Part shown: positions 9,854 to 18,780 of the stretch, one piece after another
Layout: every line of letters starts with the position of its first letter
How positions within the stretch are numbered: position 1 is the stretch's first letter
Made by a program: the position numbers and the translations under genes
The notes under the pieces: generated by a model
What the model saw: only the letters and a program-made list of their open reading frames with translations
What the model was told of the DNA's origin: nothing
The model's database searches: none
DNA from: an uncultured Pseudomonadota bacterium
GTDB lineage: Bacteria; Myxococcota_A; UBA796; SXON01
Assembly: GCA_903885375.1 (NCBI GenBank)
Contig: CAISIK010000061.1
Span: forward strand, 1,224-65,223
DNA length: 64,000 bases
Direction: 5' to 3'

Positions 9854-12800
9854 TCGGCCTCCTCGGCTTCGGCGGGCGGCGTGCCGAACGGCACCTGTAC
9901 GGTGCCATCCGCGGCCTGACGCCGCTCGGGTGAACGGGCGTGGTCGACCCGGCAGATGGTGGCGTAGGCGCAGTAGCCACACCCGGCCAGGTCGGGATCG
10001 GCGGTGGTGGGGTGGAACCTGCCCGCGGCGAGCCGCGCCGCGCTCGCCTCGAGCCAGTCGTTGAGCCCGGTTCCCGCTTCACCATCGGTGGGGAGCCCGC
10101 CGCGGGAGGACAGCTCGGAGAGCAGGCTGGCCGGGCCGGCCCAGGCGCCGCGCCCCACATCATCGGGGGCGCGCACGCTCGCGAACCCGCCCGCCACCCG
10201 CGGGCGCTCCGCGGTGGCCACGGCGCGCGCGTAGAGCACGCCCTGTACCCGGAATCCGGCGGTGACCTGGCGGGTGGGGAGTCCCCCCGTCTTGTGGTCG
10301 AGCACGAGCTGCGCGTCGGGCCCGAGGTTGTCGACCCGATCGGCGCGACCGCGCAGCCGAAGCGGCCCCACCTCCATCTCGAGATCGAGCTCGACGGCGC
10401 GCACCTGCGAGGGCGGCGCCGCCCGCTCGGCATCGAGCCACGCCCGGAGGAGCCCGGCGGGCTTCTCATCGGCGAGGCCATCGCACCACTCCTCTTCGAG
10501 CAGGCGGCGCTGCACCTCGGGGAGCGCGGCCACATCGCGGTCGGCGGCCAGCTCGGCGGTGGCCGCCTGAGCGAGGAGCGCGAGGTGGCGGGCGGAGACG
10601 GTGGCATCGCCCGTTTGGAGGGTGGCGATGCCCTCGATCATCGCGGTCCGGAAGAACCGCTGGAGGACGCGGTGCAGGAGCCGGCCCCGCGCCGGGGCGG
10701 GGAGATCGAGGCTGAAGCTCTCCTCCGGGCGCAGGCCCAGCAGAGAGCCGTAGAGGTAGCGGGCCGGGCACGCGAGGTAGTTCTCGAAGGCGGTGACCGC
10801 GAGGGGCGCGCCATCGTGAGGCAGACCGGTGACGCCACTCCACGCCCCGAACTCGCGCCCCGCGCGCTCCCGCTCGCTGGCGGCGCGGCGTTCGAGGTCG
10901 CCCCGAAGGAGCGGCTGCCAGAGCGCGTGCGGCTGGCGCGCCGCGGCCCGCATCCAGGCGGCTTCGCCGAAGCGCCCGGCCGGCACCCGCCGGGCGGCCA
11001 CCCGGGCGCGCAGGGGGACGCCGCCCACCTGCACGGACAACAGCTCTTCGACGACGGGGGAGGGGAGGACGAGCTTGCCCGCGATCTGTCGGGGCCAGGA
11101 GAGGGTGAGGGTTCCCCCCGACTGCGCCACCGCGTTCCGGATGGCCGAGCCGAGGAGGTAGCGGGCCTGAGGCATGGCGACCGCGAGCCCGAGCGCATCG
11201 CGGCAGCGGCTGTCGAACAGCCAGTCGTTGGCCGCGCTGCCCGGGAAGTCATCCGCGAGGAGGCCGCCGATGAAAAGGTGCTTCGGGTGGATGCCGCGGA
11301 GCTCCAGCATGCCGACCACGGCGACGCCGCCCTGCAGCGCGGTGCGGGGCGGGGCCGACGCCCCTTCGAGCGCCGCGAGCCAGAGCGCAGTGAGCACGCG
11401 GCCCGAGGGCTCCTCCCGCGCAGTGCGCGCCTCGGCCACGAGGTTGGCGGCGGCGCGGAGCACGTGCCCCGCCCCCCGCCGCGCGGCCACATCGCGCTCG
11501 GGGGTGCCTTCGCGCAACCCCCAGCTGCGCGCGAGCGCGCCGAGCGCCGCCTCCCACGCCTCAGGACCGGGGGCGTCGAACACCGCGGAGAGCCGCTCGA
11601 GCTCGGCCTGCAGTGCGCTGACCCCGGCCGGGTCGTTGGCGGCAGCGAGCGGCACCCAGGCCTCCGGCCCGGCCCGCCGGACGCCCTTCTCCCGGAGCCG
11701 GCGCGCCATTGCCGCCACGGCCGGCGCGGGGAGGCTCGGCAGGTCGACCGGGAGGAGGGCGGCGAGGAGATCGGCCGGCTCATCGGGCCGGACCATGGCG
11801 CGCAGCGTCCCCATCACCGCGCGCGCGCCGGGCAGCGAGCCCACCGATTCGCCGCGGGAGATGGCGTGGGGGATGCCCACCTCGGCGAAGGTGCGGCGGA
11901 CGAGCCCCGCGTACCGGGGGAGGGCGGGGAACGCGACCTGGATGTCGGTTGCCCGCTCGCCGCCATCGAGGAGCGCCCGCACGGCGTGCGCGATGGCCTG
12001 CACTTCGCCGGCGGGATCGGGCCAGCTCTCGAGCGCGAGGCCCGGCGCTTCGGCCTCGCCGGCGGTGCCCCACACGTCGGTCGGGTCGGGCACTTCTTCC
12101 GGTGGGGGGCCGCTGCTGGCCGCGAACTCCGGCCCGGCCACGAAGACGTCGGCGCTCCCATCGGCGATGAGCGCATCGAGGCAGGCACGGCGGAGCCGCG
12201 AGGTGGCGCTGAGCGTGGGGGACAGGCGGCCCTCCCCGTCCTCGAGCCCGAAGTAGCGGGCCTCCTCCTCCACGCCATCCATTCCGCACTCGAACGAGAG
12301 CACCACGTTGGCGCCGGCCGCGGACCAGGCGCGGGAGAGGGCGAGGAGGACCTCCCGATCGAGGGGTGCGGGATCGATCACATCATCCACCACCACGAGA
12401 CTGGAGCGCCGGAGCCAGACCGTGAGGGCCTCGCCGGGTGATTCGAGCCCGCGAATGAGCTCGCGCATGGAAGTGTGGCGACACGCGGCGGAAGGGGAGG
12501 CATCGAGCGCCGCCGCCATGCGCCGGAACAGGGAGACGAGGCGTGCACCGCGCGCGCCGGGCAGGTTGGGCCGGCACGCAGAATCCCACGTGAAGAAGGC
12601 CGAGGCCACGCTCGGCGCCAAGCGCTCCGGGGGGCCCGACTCCTGCAACCAGGGCGGCGCCATCGTGCTGAAGTGGTGGATCAGCCAGAGACCGACGCCG
12701 GCCTCCGACCAGGTGGCCTTGCCCCCGACGTATCGGTTGGCGAGGTGGGTCTGCAGCTCGGCGAGCGTGGCCACCTCGGGCAGGAAGGAGGCGCCGTTGC

Positions 12801-12966
12801 GGTACTGGACGAACTCTTCCTGCACCGTGATTTTCTTGCGCGCCGAGTCGGTGACGAAGAGGAAGTTGGGGCGCCCGAGCACATCGATGCCGGCGAACTG
12901 CTCCGCGCGGAGCGCGCGGCGCCGGCGTTCGCGGGTGCGGCCGAGGAGGAGGGTGAGGGAGCCCAT
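9850..12966 (-). CDS. addB: Helicase/nuclease subunit B (PD-(D/E)XK nuclease with Fe-S cysteines)
   Basis: 1038 aa. Nuclease motif LVLDHKTG flanked by Cys in YLACPARY and the CGYCAYATIC cluster, as in Fe-S AddB. The N-terminal Walker A position is degenerate (LLLGRTRERRRR). Translationally coupled to addA. Confidence 0.8.
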   Translation of the reverse strand: MGSLTLLLGRTRERRRRALRAEQFAGIDVLGRPNFLFVTDSARKKITVQEEFVQYRNGASFLPEVATLAELQTHLANRYVGGKATWSEAGVGLWLIHHFSTMAPPWLQESGPPERLAPSVASAFFTWDSACRPNLPGARGARLVSLFRRMAAALDASPSAACRHTSMRELIRGLESPGEALTVWLRRSSLVVVDDVIDPAPLDREVLLALSRAWSAAGANVVLSFECGMDGVEEEARYFGLEDGEGRLSPTLSATSRLRRACLDALIADGSADVFVAGPEFAASSGPPPEEVPDPTDVWGTAGEAEAPGLALESWPDPAGEVQAIAHAVRALLDGGERATDIQVAFPALPRYAGLVRRTFAEVGIPHAISRGESVGSLPGARAVMGTLRAMVRPDEPADLLAALLPVDLPSLPAPAVAAMARRLREKGVRRAGPEAWVPLAAANDPAGVSALQAELERLSAVFDAPGPEAWEAALGALARSWGLREGTPERDVAARRGAGHVLRAAANLVAEARTAREEPSGRVLTALWLAALEGASAPPRTALQGGVAVVGMLELRGIHPKHLFIGGLLADDFPGSAANDWLFDSRCRDALGLAVAMPQARYLLGSAIRNAVAQSGGTLTLSWPRQIAGKLVLPSPVVEELLSVQVGGVPLRARVAARRVPAGRFGEAAWMRAAARQPHALWQPLLRGDLERRAASERERAGREFGAWSGVTGLPHDGAPLAVTAFENYLACPARYLYGSLLGLRPEESFSLDLPAPARGRLLHRVLQRFFRTAMIEGIATLQTGDATVSARHLALLAQAATAELAADRDVAALPEVQRRLLEEEWCDGLADEKPAGLLRAWLDAERAAPPSQVRAVELDLEMEVGPLRLRGRADRVDNLGPDAQLVLDHKTGGLPTRQVTAGFRVQGVLYARAVATAERPRVAGGFASVRAPDDVGRGAWAGPASLLSELSSRGGLPTDGEAGTGLNDWLEASAARLAAGRFHPTTADPDLAGCGYCAYATICRVDHARSPERRQAADGTVQVPFGTPPAEAEEAE

Positions 12967-12999
12967 GGTCGCATCGTGCTAACCACCCCCCGCCAGGAC

Positions 13000-13020
13000 A
13001 CCGACCAAATTCTGGTCGGT
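13000..13020 (-). terminator. Perfect 8-bp stem / 5-nt loop hairpin between the hydrolase stop and the addB start
   Basis: ACCGACCA-AATTC-TGGTCGGT lies inside the 64-nt intergenic gap 12967-13030. There is no U-tract, so it could be a terminator, an RNA-stability element or an operator. Confidence 0.3.
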
Positions 13021-13030
13021 CGCGCGATCG

Positions 13031-13897
13031 TCAGTCGGTGGTCATCGTCTGGCGCAGCGTGGCCAGCTTCTGGAGGATGGCGCGGTTCGCGGCGAGCGGC
13101 CCACCGGCCAGCCACGCCGGCCGCTCGGGCAGGGTGCCGCGGGGGTGGTCGTTGAGCTGCACCCACGCCGGCCGGCCGCGACGGGCCGCCTCGATCATCC
13201 GCCGCGCGTGGCGCAGCTCCTCCGGCTGGGCGTGGTCGGGGAAGGCCTGCAGGCGCGCATAGCCGCAGCCCAACGCGCCGACATGGGCCACGGCCTCCCG
13301 GGGCGGCCACCAGTCCTCGTCGTCGAGGGAATGGCCCGCTGCCGGCACCATGCGGGTGCCGCCCGCGGTGATGATCTCCCGGTCGCAGGGGCCCTCCCAG
13401 TCGAGGAGCCAGGGCACCGGCAGCTCGGGCCACCGAGCGAGCGCCCCGACGGCGGCGGCGAGGCCGAGCGAGAGGGAGAGCACGCCCACCCGGCCGGTGC
13501 AGTCGGGGCGGGCGGCGAGGGCGCGGATCGCCACGCGCACGTCGTCCTGGTGCTCCGGTCCGCCGAAGTCCTCCTCCCCCCAGCTGTCGCCCCGCCCCGC
13601 GGGGTCGTGCACGAGCACGGCGAAGCCGAGCCGGGCGAGCTCGGCGGCGCTGACGACCGCCGCGTTGCCGGTGAGCGCCGCCACGCCCTGGTGGATGGCC
13701 GGGGACACTACCAGGCCCGGCCAGCTGGTGCCCGACGCCGGGCGCACGAGCACGGCGGCGAGCCGGTATCCAGCGGTGGAGTGGAGCTCTGCCGGTTCGG
13801 TGCGCACTTCGGCAGCGCGGGACAGGTCACGTAGGCGGCGCAGGGCGGCGGTGCCGCGCCAGGCGAGGGCGGGAAGGGAGGGGGGAGCGAGCTTCAT
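13031..13897 (-). CDS. Alpha/beta-fold hydrolase
   Basis: ATG 13897 (MKLAPPSL) forms an ATGA overlap with the upstream stop. Nucleophile-elbow-like SLSLG, and the HDPAGRGDS context typical of dienelactone-hydrolase or prolyl-oligopeptidase-like esterases. The track ORF extension to 14293 is Arg-rich and overlaps the CotH gene. Confidence 0.65.
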   Translation of the reverse strand: MKLAPPSLPALAWRGTAALRRLRDLSRAAEVRTEPAELHSTAGYRLAAVLVRPASGTSWPGLVVSPAIHQGVAALTGNAAVVSAAELARLGFAVLVHDPAGRGDSWGEEDFGGPEHQDDVRVAIRALAARPDCTGRVGVLSLSLGLAAAVGALARWPELPVPWLLDWEGPCDREIITAGGTRMVPAAGHSLDDEDWWPPREAVAHVGALGCGYARLQAFPDHAQPEELRHARRMIEAARRGRPAWVQLNDHPRGTLPERPAWLAGGPLAANRAILQKLATLRQTMTTD

Positions 13898-15105
13898 TCG
13901 GGTTGGCTGGCGAGCCAGTCGTCGAGGTAGCTTCGCCGAAGGGGGACGAAGGCCTCGAGGCTGTCGAGGTAGGCGACGTAGGTTGCGTCGTCGTAGTAGC
14001 GCAGCGGGTCGTCCGCGCCGACCACTTCCGTCTGCGCGCGCATGTCTGCATACGCGGAGCGCATCTCGTCGCTCCCGTAGAGGGCGGTGAGCTCCCGGAG
14101 CGCATCGAGGTAGCCGGCCCAGCCCGCGTCGGTGGCGAGGAGCGCCGTCATGTGCGGGGTGCCGTCGGGGTAGTAGAGCAGGTCGGGCGGCGTGTCGTAG
14201 GCCACCCAGTCGAAGGTGCCGTCCTTGTCCCAGGGCAGCCAGAGGAAGCCCTGCTCCGGATGGTCGTAGAGGTAGTAGTTGTGTCCGCAGCACCAGTAGC
14301 CGTCACCATCGGGGAGGATGGCCTCGGCGGCCCACTCACGGAGCCACTCGTCGCTGTCGCCGAGGGCCGTGAAGCGGACCGGGTCGTAGCTCGACCAGAA
14401 GGCTTCGATCCGCGTGGTGTCGATGTCCTCGTCCTCGTGGTTGTCGAGCACGTAGCCGTACTTCCAGAGGTCTCCGTCTGCGTTGTCGTCGCCGAAGTTG
14501 CGTTCGAGGAACTCCCGATCGAGCTCCTCCATGTGGGCGTAGAGGCCCTGCGTCTCGCCGTTCACGCGGAGCTCGGCGTTGTTCGTGCAGGTTCCGGCGA
14601 GTCCGGCCCGGTGCAGGAACCAGTTGGCGAGACGGTTCTTCAGCACGGTGGGCTCGTAGTAGGGGGCGTCGAACGCCACCTTGCGTTCGCCCTCGACGCG
14701 GGCGTCGGGGTCGACCTCGTTGAAGGCCACCACGAATTGCATCTTCTCGCCCACCCAGCAGCAGCCGTTGTTCCCCTTCAGGCGGATCATCGTGTCGGGG
14801 ACGACCTCGCCATCGATGCGCAGCTCGGTGACGGGGACATAGTCCTTGGTGCCGTCGGCCGTGCGCCACTCGCGTTGGAGGTGCCGCCAGTCGCCCTCCT
14901 CGATGGTCAGCTCGTAGAGCGGCATCCGGTCCTGCGCGAACAGCGTGCTGCAGCCGAACTCGTCCTTCGGGTCGTCGGGCGGGTCCTCCTCGCCGCCGCC
15001 CCCGCCGCCGGGGGCCTCCTCGGAGCCGGAGGTGTCCGTGCCTCCTCCGGCGCCGTCGCCCAGCGCGATCCCGTCGGGAGCGCAGCCGAGGAGGGCGAGC
15101 AGCAT
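13894..15105 (-). CDS. CotH-family protein (atypical protein-kinase fold), lipoprotein
   Basis: ATG 15105 (MLLALLGC lipobox) forms a TGATG overlap with the upstream stop. CotH blocks LKNRLANWF, VNGETQGLYAHMEELDREFLERNF, GDLWKYGY, GHNYYLYDHPEQGFLWLPWDKDGTF. Confidence 0.8.
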   Translation of the reverse strand: MLLALLGCAPDGIALGDGAGGGTDTSGSEEAPGGGGGGEEDPPDDPKDEFGCSTLFAQDRMPLYELTIEEGDWRHLQREWRTADGTKDYVPVTELRIDGEVVPDTMIRLKGNNGCCWVGEKMQFVVAFNEVDPDARVEGERKVAFDAPYYEPTVLKNRLANWFLHRAGLAGTCTNNAELRVNGETQGLYAHMEELDREFLERNFGDDNADGDLWKYGYVLDNHEDEDIDTTRIEAFWSSYDPVRFTALGDSDEWLREWAAEAILPDGDGYWCCGHNYYLYDHPEQGFLWLPWDKDGTFDWVAYDTPPDLLYYPDGTPHMTALLATDAGWAGYLDALRELTALYGSDEMRSAYADMRAQTEVVGADDPLRYYDDATYVAYLDSLEAFVPLRRSYLDDWLASQPE

Positions 15106-16400
15106 CAAAGCGGCACGCTCGTGGCGTGAACCGCCATGCGGTAGAACGACCCCTGACCGCCCGTGCTCCCGTCGGAAGCCACGACCGTCACGGTGTAGCT
15201 GCCCGCCGCCAGCTTCGTCTCCGACTTCACCTCGGGGTCGGTTCCGCCCGACGCCGTGCCCGTGAGGTGGCCGCCCGGCCCGTCGACCTCCACGGTCGCT
15301 TCGAGCAGGCTGCCGTAGTTCAGCGCGCCGAAGGCGATGGCCACGTAGCTGTCCTCGGTGAGGGTGAAGGTGTACCAGTCCTGGTCGCCCGCCGGATCGA
15401 TCCGGCCCTCCACGAAGTCGGCCACCCAGGAGCCCGCGTCGGGGTACTGGTCCTCCAGGGTCAGCGTCATCGGCCCGTCGGCGGAGTCGTTGGGCTCGCG
15501 CTCGCGGCTGTTGCCGTAGCCCTCCTCGCTGTTGGCCACGAACACCCACATGCCGGCGGCGGGGCCGAGCGCGCCGGTCGTGTCGGACACGCCGAGGATG
15601 TAGGTGCTGTCGGGCGGCGAGATGTACTGGCGGAAGTCGGTCTCGGCCACGGTATCGGCCTGCAGGACGGGCGTGCCCTCGCTGTCGTAGAGCGTGAGCG
15701 CCGGCGTGTAGGGGCTGGACTCGATGTGGTGGGCGCGGGCGAAGGTGAGCGCGCCGTCGCTGTGGGCGAGCTCGAGGAGGACGTAGTCCGTGTCGCCGGC
15801 CTCGTCCGCTTGGACGGGGAGCGCGTACCAGCTGTTGTCGTTGTCCATCGCCGCGCCGTTGGCGAGGCGGAGGAGGCTGTCGGGCTCCTCCGGCGGGCCG
15901 GACGGACCGAGGATCTGCACGGTGTAGTCGGTGTCCTCGACGTCACGCTCCGCGCCCTCGAAGGTGCCCTTGTCCACGATACGGACGAAGTAACTGCCCG
16001 CTTCGGGGAAGAAGCCGAAGCAGACGGTGTCGTAGGTACCCACATCGCCCACGGGGTGGTCATCCTCCCAGGCGATGCGCGTCATCGCGGAGTCGTAGAC
16101 CTCCACGACCGTGTCGAGGCTGTCCTCCGAGGCGTTCTCGTCGGCGTTGACGACCTGCACCCGGAAGTGCTGCCCCGCGGACACACCGGTCACCTTGAAC
16201 CAGTCCGCGTCGTCGGCATCGAGCGTGCCGGACTCCTCCGTTTCCCACGCGAGCTCCCGCGCGGTTTCCGGCGTGTCTGCATCCTCCGGGGCGCTGGTGT
16301 CGGTGGAGGGAGTGCCGGTGTCATCGTCGGCGTAATGCGGGCCCTCCTCGGCGCCGGTGCACGCGGCGAGGAGGAGCGGGAGGAACGCGGTGCGGTGCAT
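15105..16400 (-). CDS. Lipoprotein with three pre-peptidase C-terminal (PPC)-like modules
   Basis: 431 aa; lipobox LLLAAC; acidic D/T/G-rich linker. Three repeats carry PPC-like signatures (DADWFKV..GSYFVRI; DTDYVLL..STYILGV; EPNDS..DQDWYTF..GSYTVTV). Confidence 0.7.
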   Translation of the reverse strand: MHRTAFLPLLLAACTGAEEGPHYADDDTGTPSTDTSAPEDADTPETARELAWETEESGTLDADDADWFKVTGVSAGQHFRVQVVNADENASEDSLDTVVEVYDSAMTRIAWEDDHPVGDVGTYDTVCFGFFPEAGSYFVRIVDKGTFEGAERDVEDTDYTVQILGPSGPPEEPDSLLRLANGAAMDNDNSWYALPVQADEAGDTDYVLLELAHSDGALTFARAHHIESSPYTPALTLYDSEGTPVLQADTVAETDFRQYISPPDSTYILGVSDTTGALGPAAGMWVFVANSEEGYGNSREREPNDSADGPMTLTLEDQYPDAGSWVADFVEGRIDPAGDQDWYTFTLTEDSYVAIAFGALNYGSLLEATVEVDGPGGHLTGTASGGTDPEVKSETKLAAGSYTVTVVASDGSTGGQGSFYRMAVHATSVPL

Positions 16401-16472
16401 CTCGGCAGTATAGCGCCCGAAGTAGCGGAGGGGGCTTGTCGCCGGATTCCGCCGTGCCTATCCCCGCCGCCC

Positions 16473-17459
16473 ATGCGCGCCCTGACCGGAATCAAGCCCA
16501 CCGCCACCCCCCACCTGGGCAACCTGCTTGGGGCCATCGCGCCCGCCCTGGCCTTGCAGGAGAAGGCGGATGCCTTCTACTTCATCGCCGACTACCACGC
16601 GCTCACCACCCTTCAGGATGCCGAGCGCATGCGGCAGTACACCCGCGAAGTCGCAGCAACCTGGCTCGCCCTGGGGCTCGATCCAGCGCGCACCAGCCTG
16701 TTCGTGCAGTCCGACATCCCCGAGGTCACGGAGCTCACCTGGCTCCTCGCCTGCGTGCTCGGCAGCGGCGCCCTGGAGCGCGCGCACGCCTACAAGGCCG
16801 CCCAGCAGGATGGCCGCGAGGTGAACGTCGGCACGTTCCTGTACCCGGTGCTGATGGCCGCCGACATCCTGATCTACGACAGCAACGCGGTGCCGGTGGG
16901 CAAGGACCAGAAGCAGCACGTGGAGATGGCCCGCGACATGGCGCAGGCCTTCAACAGCCGCTTCGGCGAGGTCTTCGTGATTCCCGAGCCGATCATCGCG
17001 GAGGCGGTGGCCACCATCCCGGGGCTCGATGGCCGGAAGATGTCGAAGTCCTACGGCAACACCATCGAGGTGTGGCTCCCGGCCAAGCAGCTGCGCAAGA
17101 AGATCATGAGCATCACGACCGACAGCCGCGGGGTGGATGAGGTCAAGGACCCCGACACCTGCAACGTCTTCGCGCTCTACAAGCTCTTCGCCACCCCCGA
17201 GCAGATCGCCGCCCTCGCCGAGCGCTACCGCGCCCCCGGCCTCGGCTACGGGCACGCCAAGGAGGAGCTCTTCCAGGTGGTGGAGGCGCGCCTCGCCCCC
17301 GCCCGCGTCCGGTACGAGCACCTCCTGGCCCACCCCGAGGAGATCGATGCGGTGCTCGATGCCGGCACGCGCCGCGCGCGCACCATCGCCGCTGGGGTGC
17401 TCGCCCGGGCTCGCCAGGCCGTGGGCTTTGCCGGCGCGCCACGTCGGGCGGTCATGTGA
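16473..17459 (+). CDS. trpS: Tryptophan--tRNA ligase
   Basis: 328 aa from ATG 16473. HIGH-type motif TPHLGN and KMSKS (GRKMSKSYGN); full-length class-I TrpRS layout. The 449 aa upstream in the track ORF are antisense to the PPC lipoprotein gene. Confidence 0.95.
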   Translation: MRALTGIKPTATPHLGNLLGAIAPALALQEKADAFYFIADYHALTTLQDAERMRQYTREVAATWLALGLDPARTSLFVQSDIPEVTELTWLLACVLGSGALERAHAYKAAQQDGREVNVGTFLYPVLMAADILIYDSNAVPVGKDQKQHVEMARDMAQAFNSRFGEVFVIPEPIIAEAVATIPGLDGRKMSKSYGNTIEVWLPAKQLRKKIMSITTDSRGVDEVKDPDTCNVFALYKLFATPEQIAALAERYRAPGLGYGHAKEELFQVVEARLAPARVRYEHLLAHPEEIDAVLDAGTRRARTIAAGVLARARQAVGFAGAPRRAVM

Positions 17460-17541
17460 GCGCGCAAGTTGCGGCGAAGCGCCCCACCTCCGCGTGCGAA
17501 AAACCTGCAAAGACCGATGCCGCAACCGAGGCCCCGCGCAG

Positions 17542-17569
17542 TTGACACTTTCTTGACAATCCGTATTCT
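17542..17569 (+). promoter_or_regulatory. Candidate sigma-70-type promoter for the sigma-factor gene
   Basis: TTGACA (17542-17547), 16-nt spacer, TATTCT (17564-17569), in a 256-nt AT-richer intergenic region. A second TTGACA sits 11 nt downstream (17553-17558). Confidence 0.35.
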
Positions 17570-17715
17570 CGGTTGCCCCTATTAACGGCGGCCGGACATC
17601 ACGATCCTTCGTGTTCCACACGCCCCCGAGGCTGTCAGGAATAATCCACCCCCCTGAAACGCTTCACGACTCCCGCCTTCGAACACTTTCCGCATTCTCC
17701 TTCCTCAGGTGATCC

Positions 17716-18762
17716 ATGTCGCTCCGCTTGCGCTCATCCTCCTCCGACGGCGCCCGTCGCCGCTCCGAGCGTCTCACCGCAGAAGAAGAGAAGATGATTG
17801 CCCGTGAAATTCGGAAGGCCGAGCAGGTGGCCCGCGAGTGCGTGGCCGGCATCGATGCCGCCGAGAACATCCTCCGTCGTCGTCCGGACCGTGCGGAGCG
17901 CACCCGCGCCGGCGCGGTCGATCGCCTCGAGGAGGCGGTTCGCGCCGTGGCCAAGGCCGCCCGCAAGGAAGACGATCTGAAGACCTACGCTCGCAAGGCG
18001 CAGGGCGCCTGGCAGCAGGCCGAGGAGCTCCGCTGGCGCCTCGCGATGAGCGGTCGCCGCATCGCCCACGGCGAGGCCCGCAAGCTGGCCGGCCCGTTCA
18101 TGGATGAGGAGGATCTCGTCCAGGAGGGCTACATCGGCCTCCTCCGCGCGGCCAAGCGCTTCGACCCGGACCGGGGCATCCGCTTCTCCACCTACGCGCG
18201 TTGGTGGGTTCGCGCGCAGATGACGCGGGCGATCGACCACACCGGCCGGCCCGTGCGCCTGCCCGGCTGCGCGGTGGAGCAGACCCGCAACCTCCGCAAG
18301 GCCATGAAGCGCTTCGAGGCCGCTGGCATCGAGTACAACGTGGCCGACCTCGCCGAAGAGGTGGGCATCGACAAGGAGCGCGCCGAGCTGCTCCTCTCGC
18401 AGGGCAACACCATCTCGCTCGAGCAGCCGGTGGATGACGGCCCCCGTCCGCGCCCCCTGGAGCGATTCCTCTCGGATGAGGGCGCCGTTTCGCCCGACGA
18501 CGAGAGCATCCAGATCCAGGAGCTTTCGCGCATGACGAAGGCCTTCCACAACGTGCTCAGCGAGCGCCAGCGCTTCGTGCTGACCCGCCGCTACGGCCTC
18601 GAGGATGGTGAGTTCCGCACCCTCTCCGAGGTGGGCAAGGAGATGGGCCTCTCGCGCGAGCGCGTGCGCCAGATCGAGCGCGAGGCCCTCATCCGCCTGC
18701 GCGACCAGTCCGGCATCCGCGACCTTCGTGGCATGCCGCTCCCGGAGCCGGGCGAGGCCTGA
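17716..18762 (+). CDS. RNA polymerase sigma factor, sigma-70 family (regions 1.2, 2, 3, 4)
   Basis: 348 aa; AGGTGA RBS. Region 2 DLVQEGYIGLLRAAKRFDPDRGIRFSTYARWWVRAQMTRAI; region 4 TLSEVGKEMGLSRERVRQIEREALIRLR. About 65 aa are inserted between region 1.2 (LTAEEEKMIAREIRKAE) and region 2.1. Confidence 0.9.
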   Translation: MSLRLRSSSSDGARRRSERLTAEEEKMIAREIRKAEQVARECVAGIDAAENILRRRPDRAERTRAGAVDRLEEAVRAVAKAARKEDDLKTYARKAQGAWQQAEELRWRLAMSGRRIAHGEARKLAGPFMDEEDLVQEGYIGLLRAAKRFDPDRGIRFSTYARWWVRAQMTRAIDHTGRPVRLPGCAVEQTRNLRKAMKRFEAAGIEYNVADLAEEVGIDKERAELLLSQGNTISLEQPVDDGPRPRPLERFLSDEGAVSPDDESIQIQELSRMTKAFHNVLSERQRFVLTRRYGLEDGEFRTLSEVGKEMGLSRERVRQIEREALIRLRDQSGIRDLRGMPLPEPGEA

Positions 18763-18780
18763 TCGAGCGCCCGCCGGCGA

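Noticed and set aside
6344-12441. 1191-aa and 833-aa plus-strand ORFs opposite addA and addB
   Set aside because: They are antisense to genes with intact helicase and nuclease motifs. Low-complexity Arg/Gly/Glu/His composition and no motifs.
15126-16472. N-terminal 449 aa of the track ORF that contains trpS
   Set aside because: This part is antisense to the PPC lipoprotein gene. TrpRS homology (HIGH motif) begins right after the ATG at 16473.
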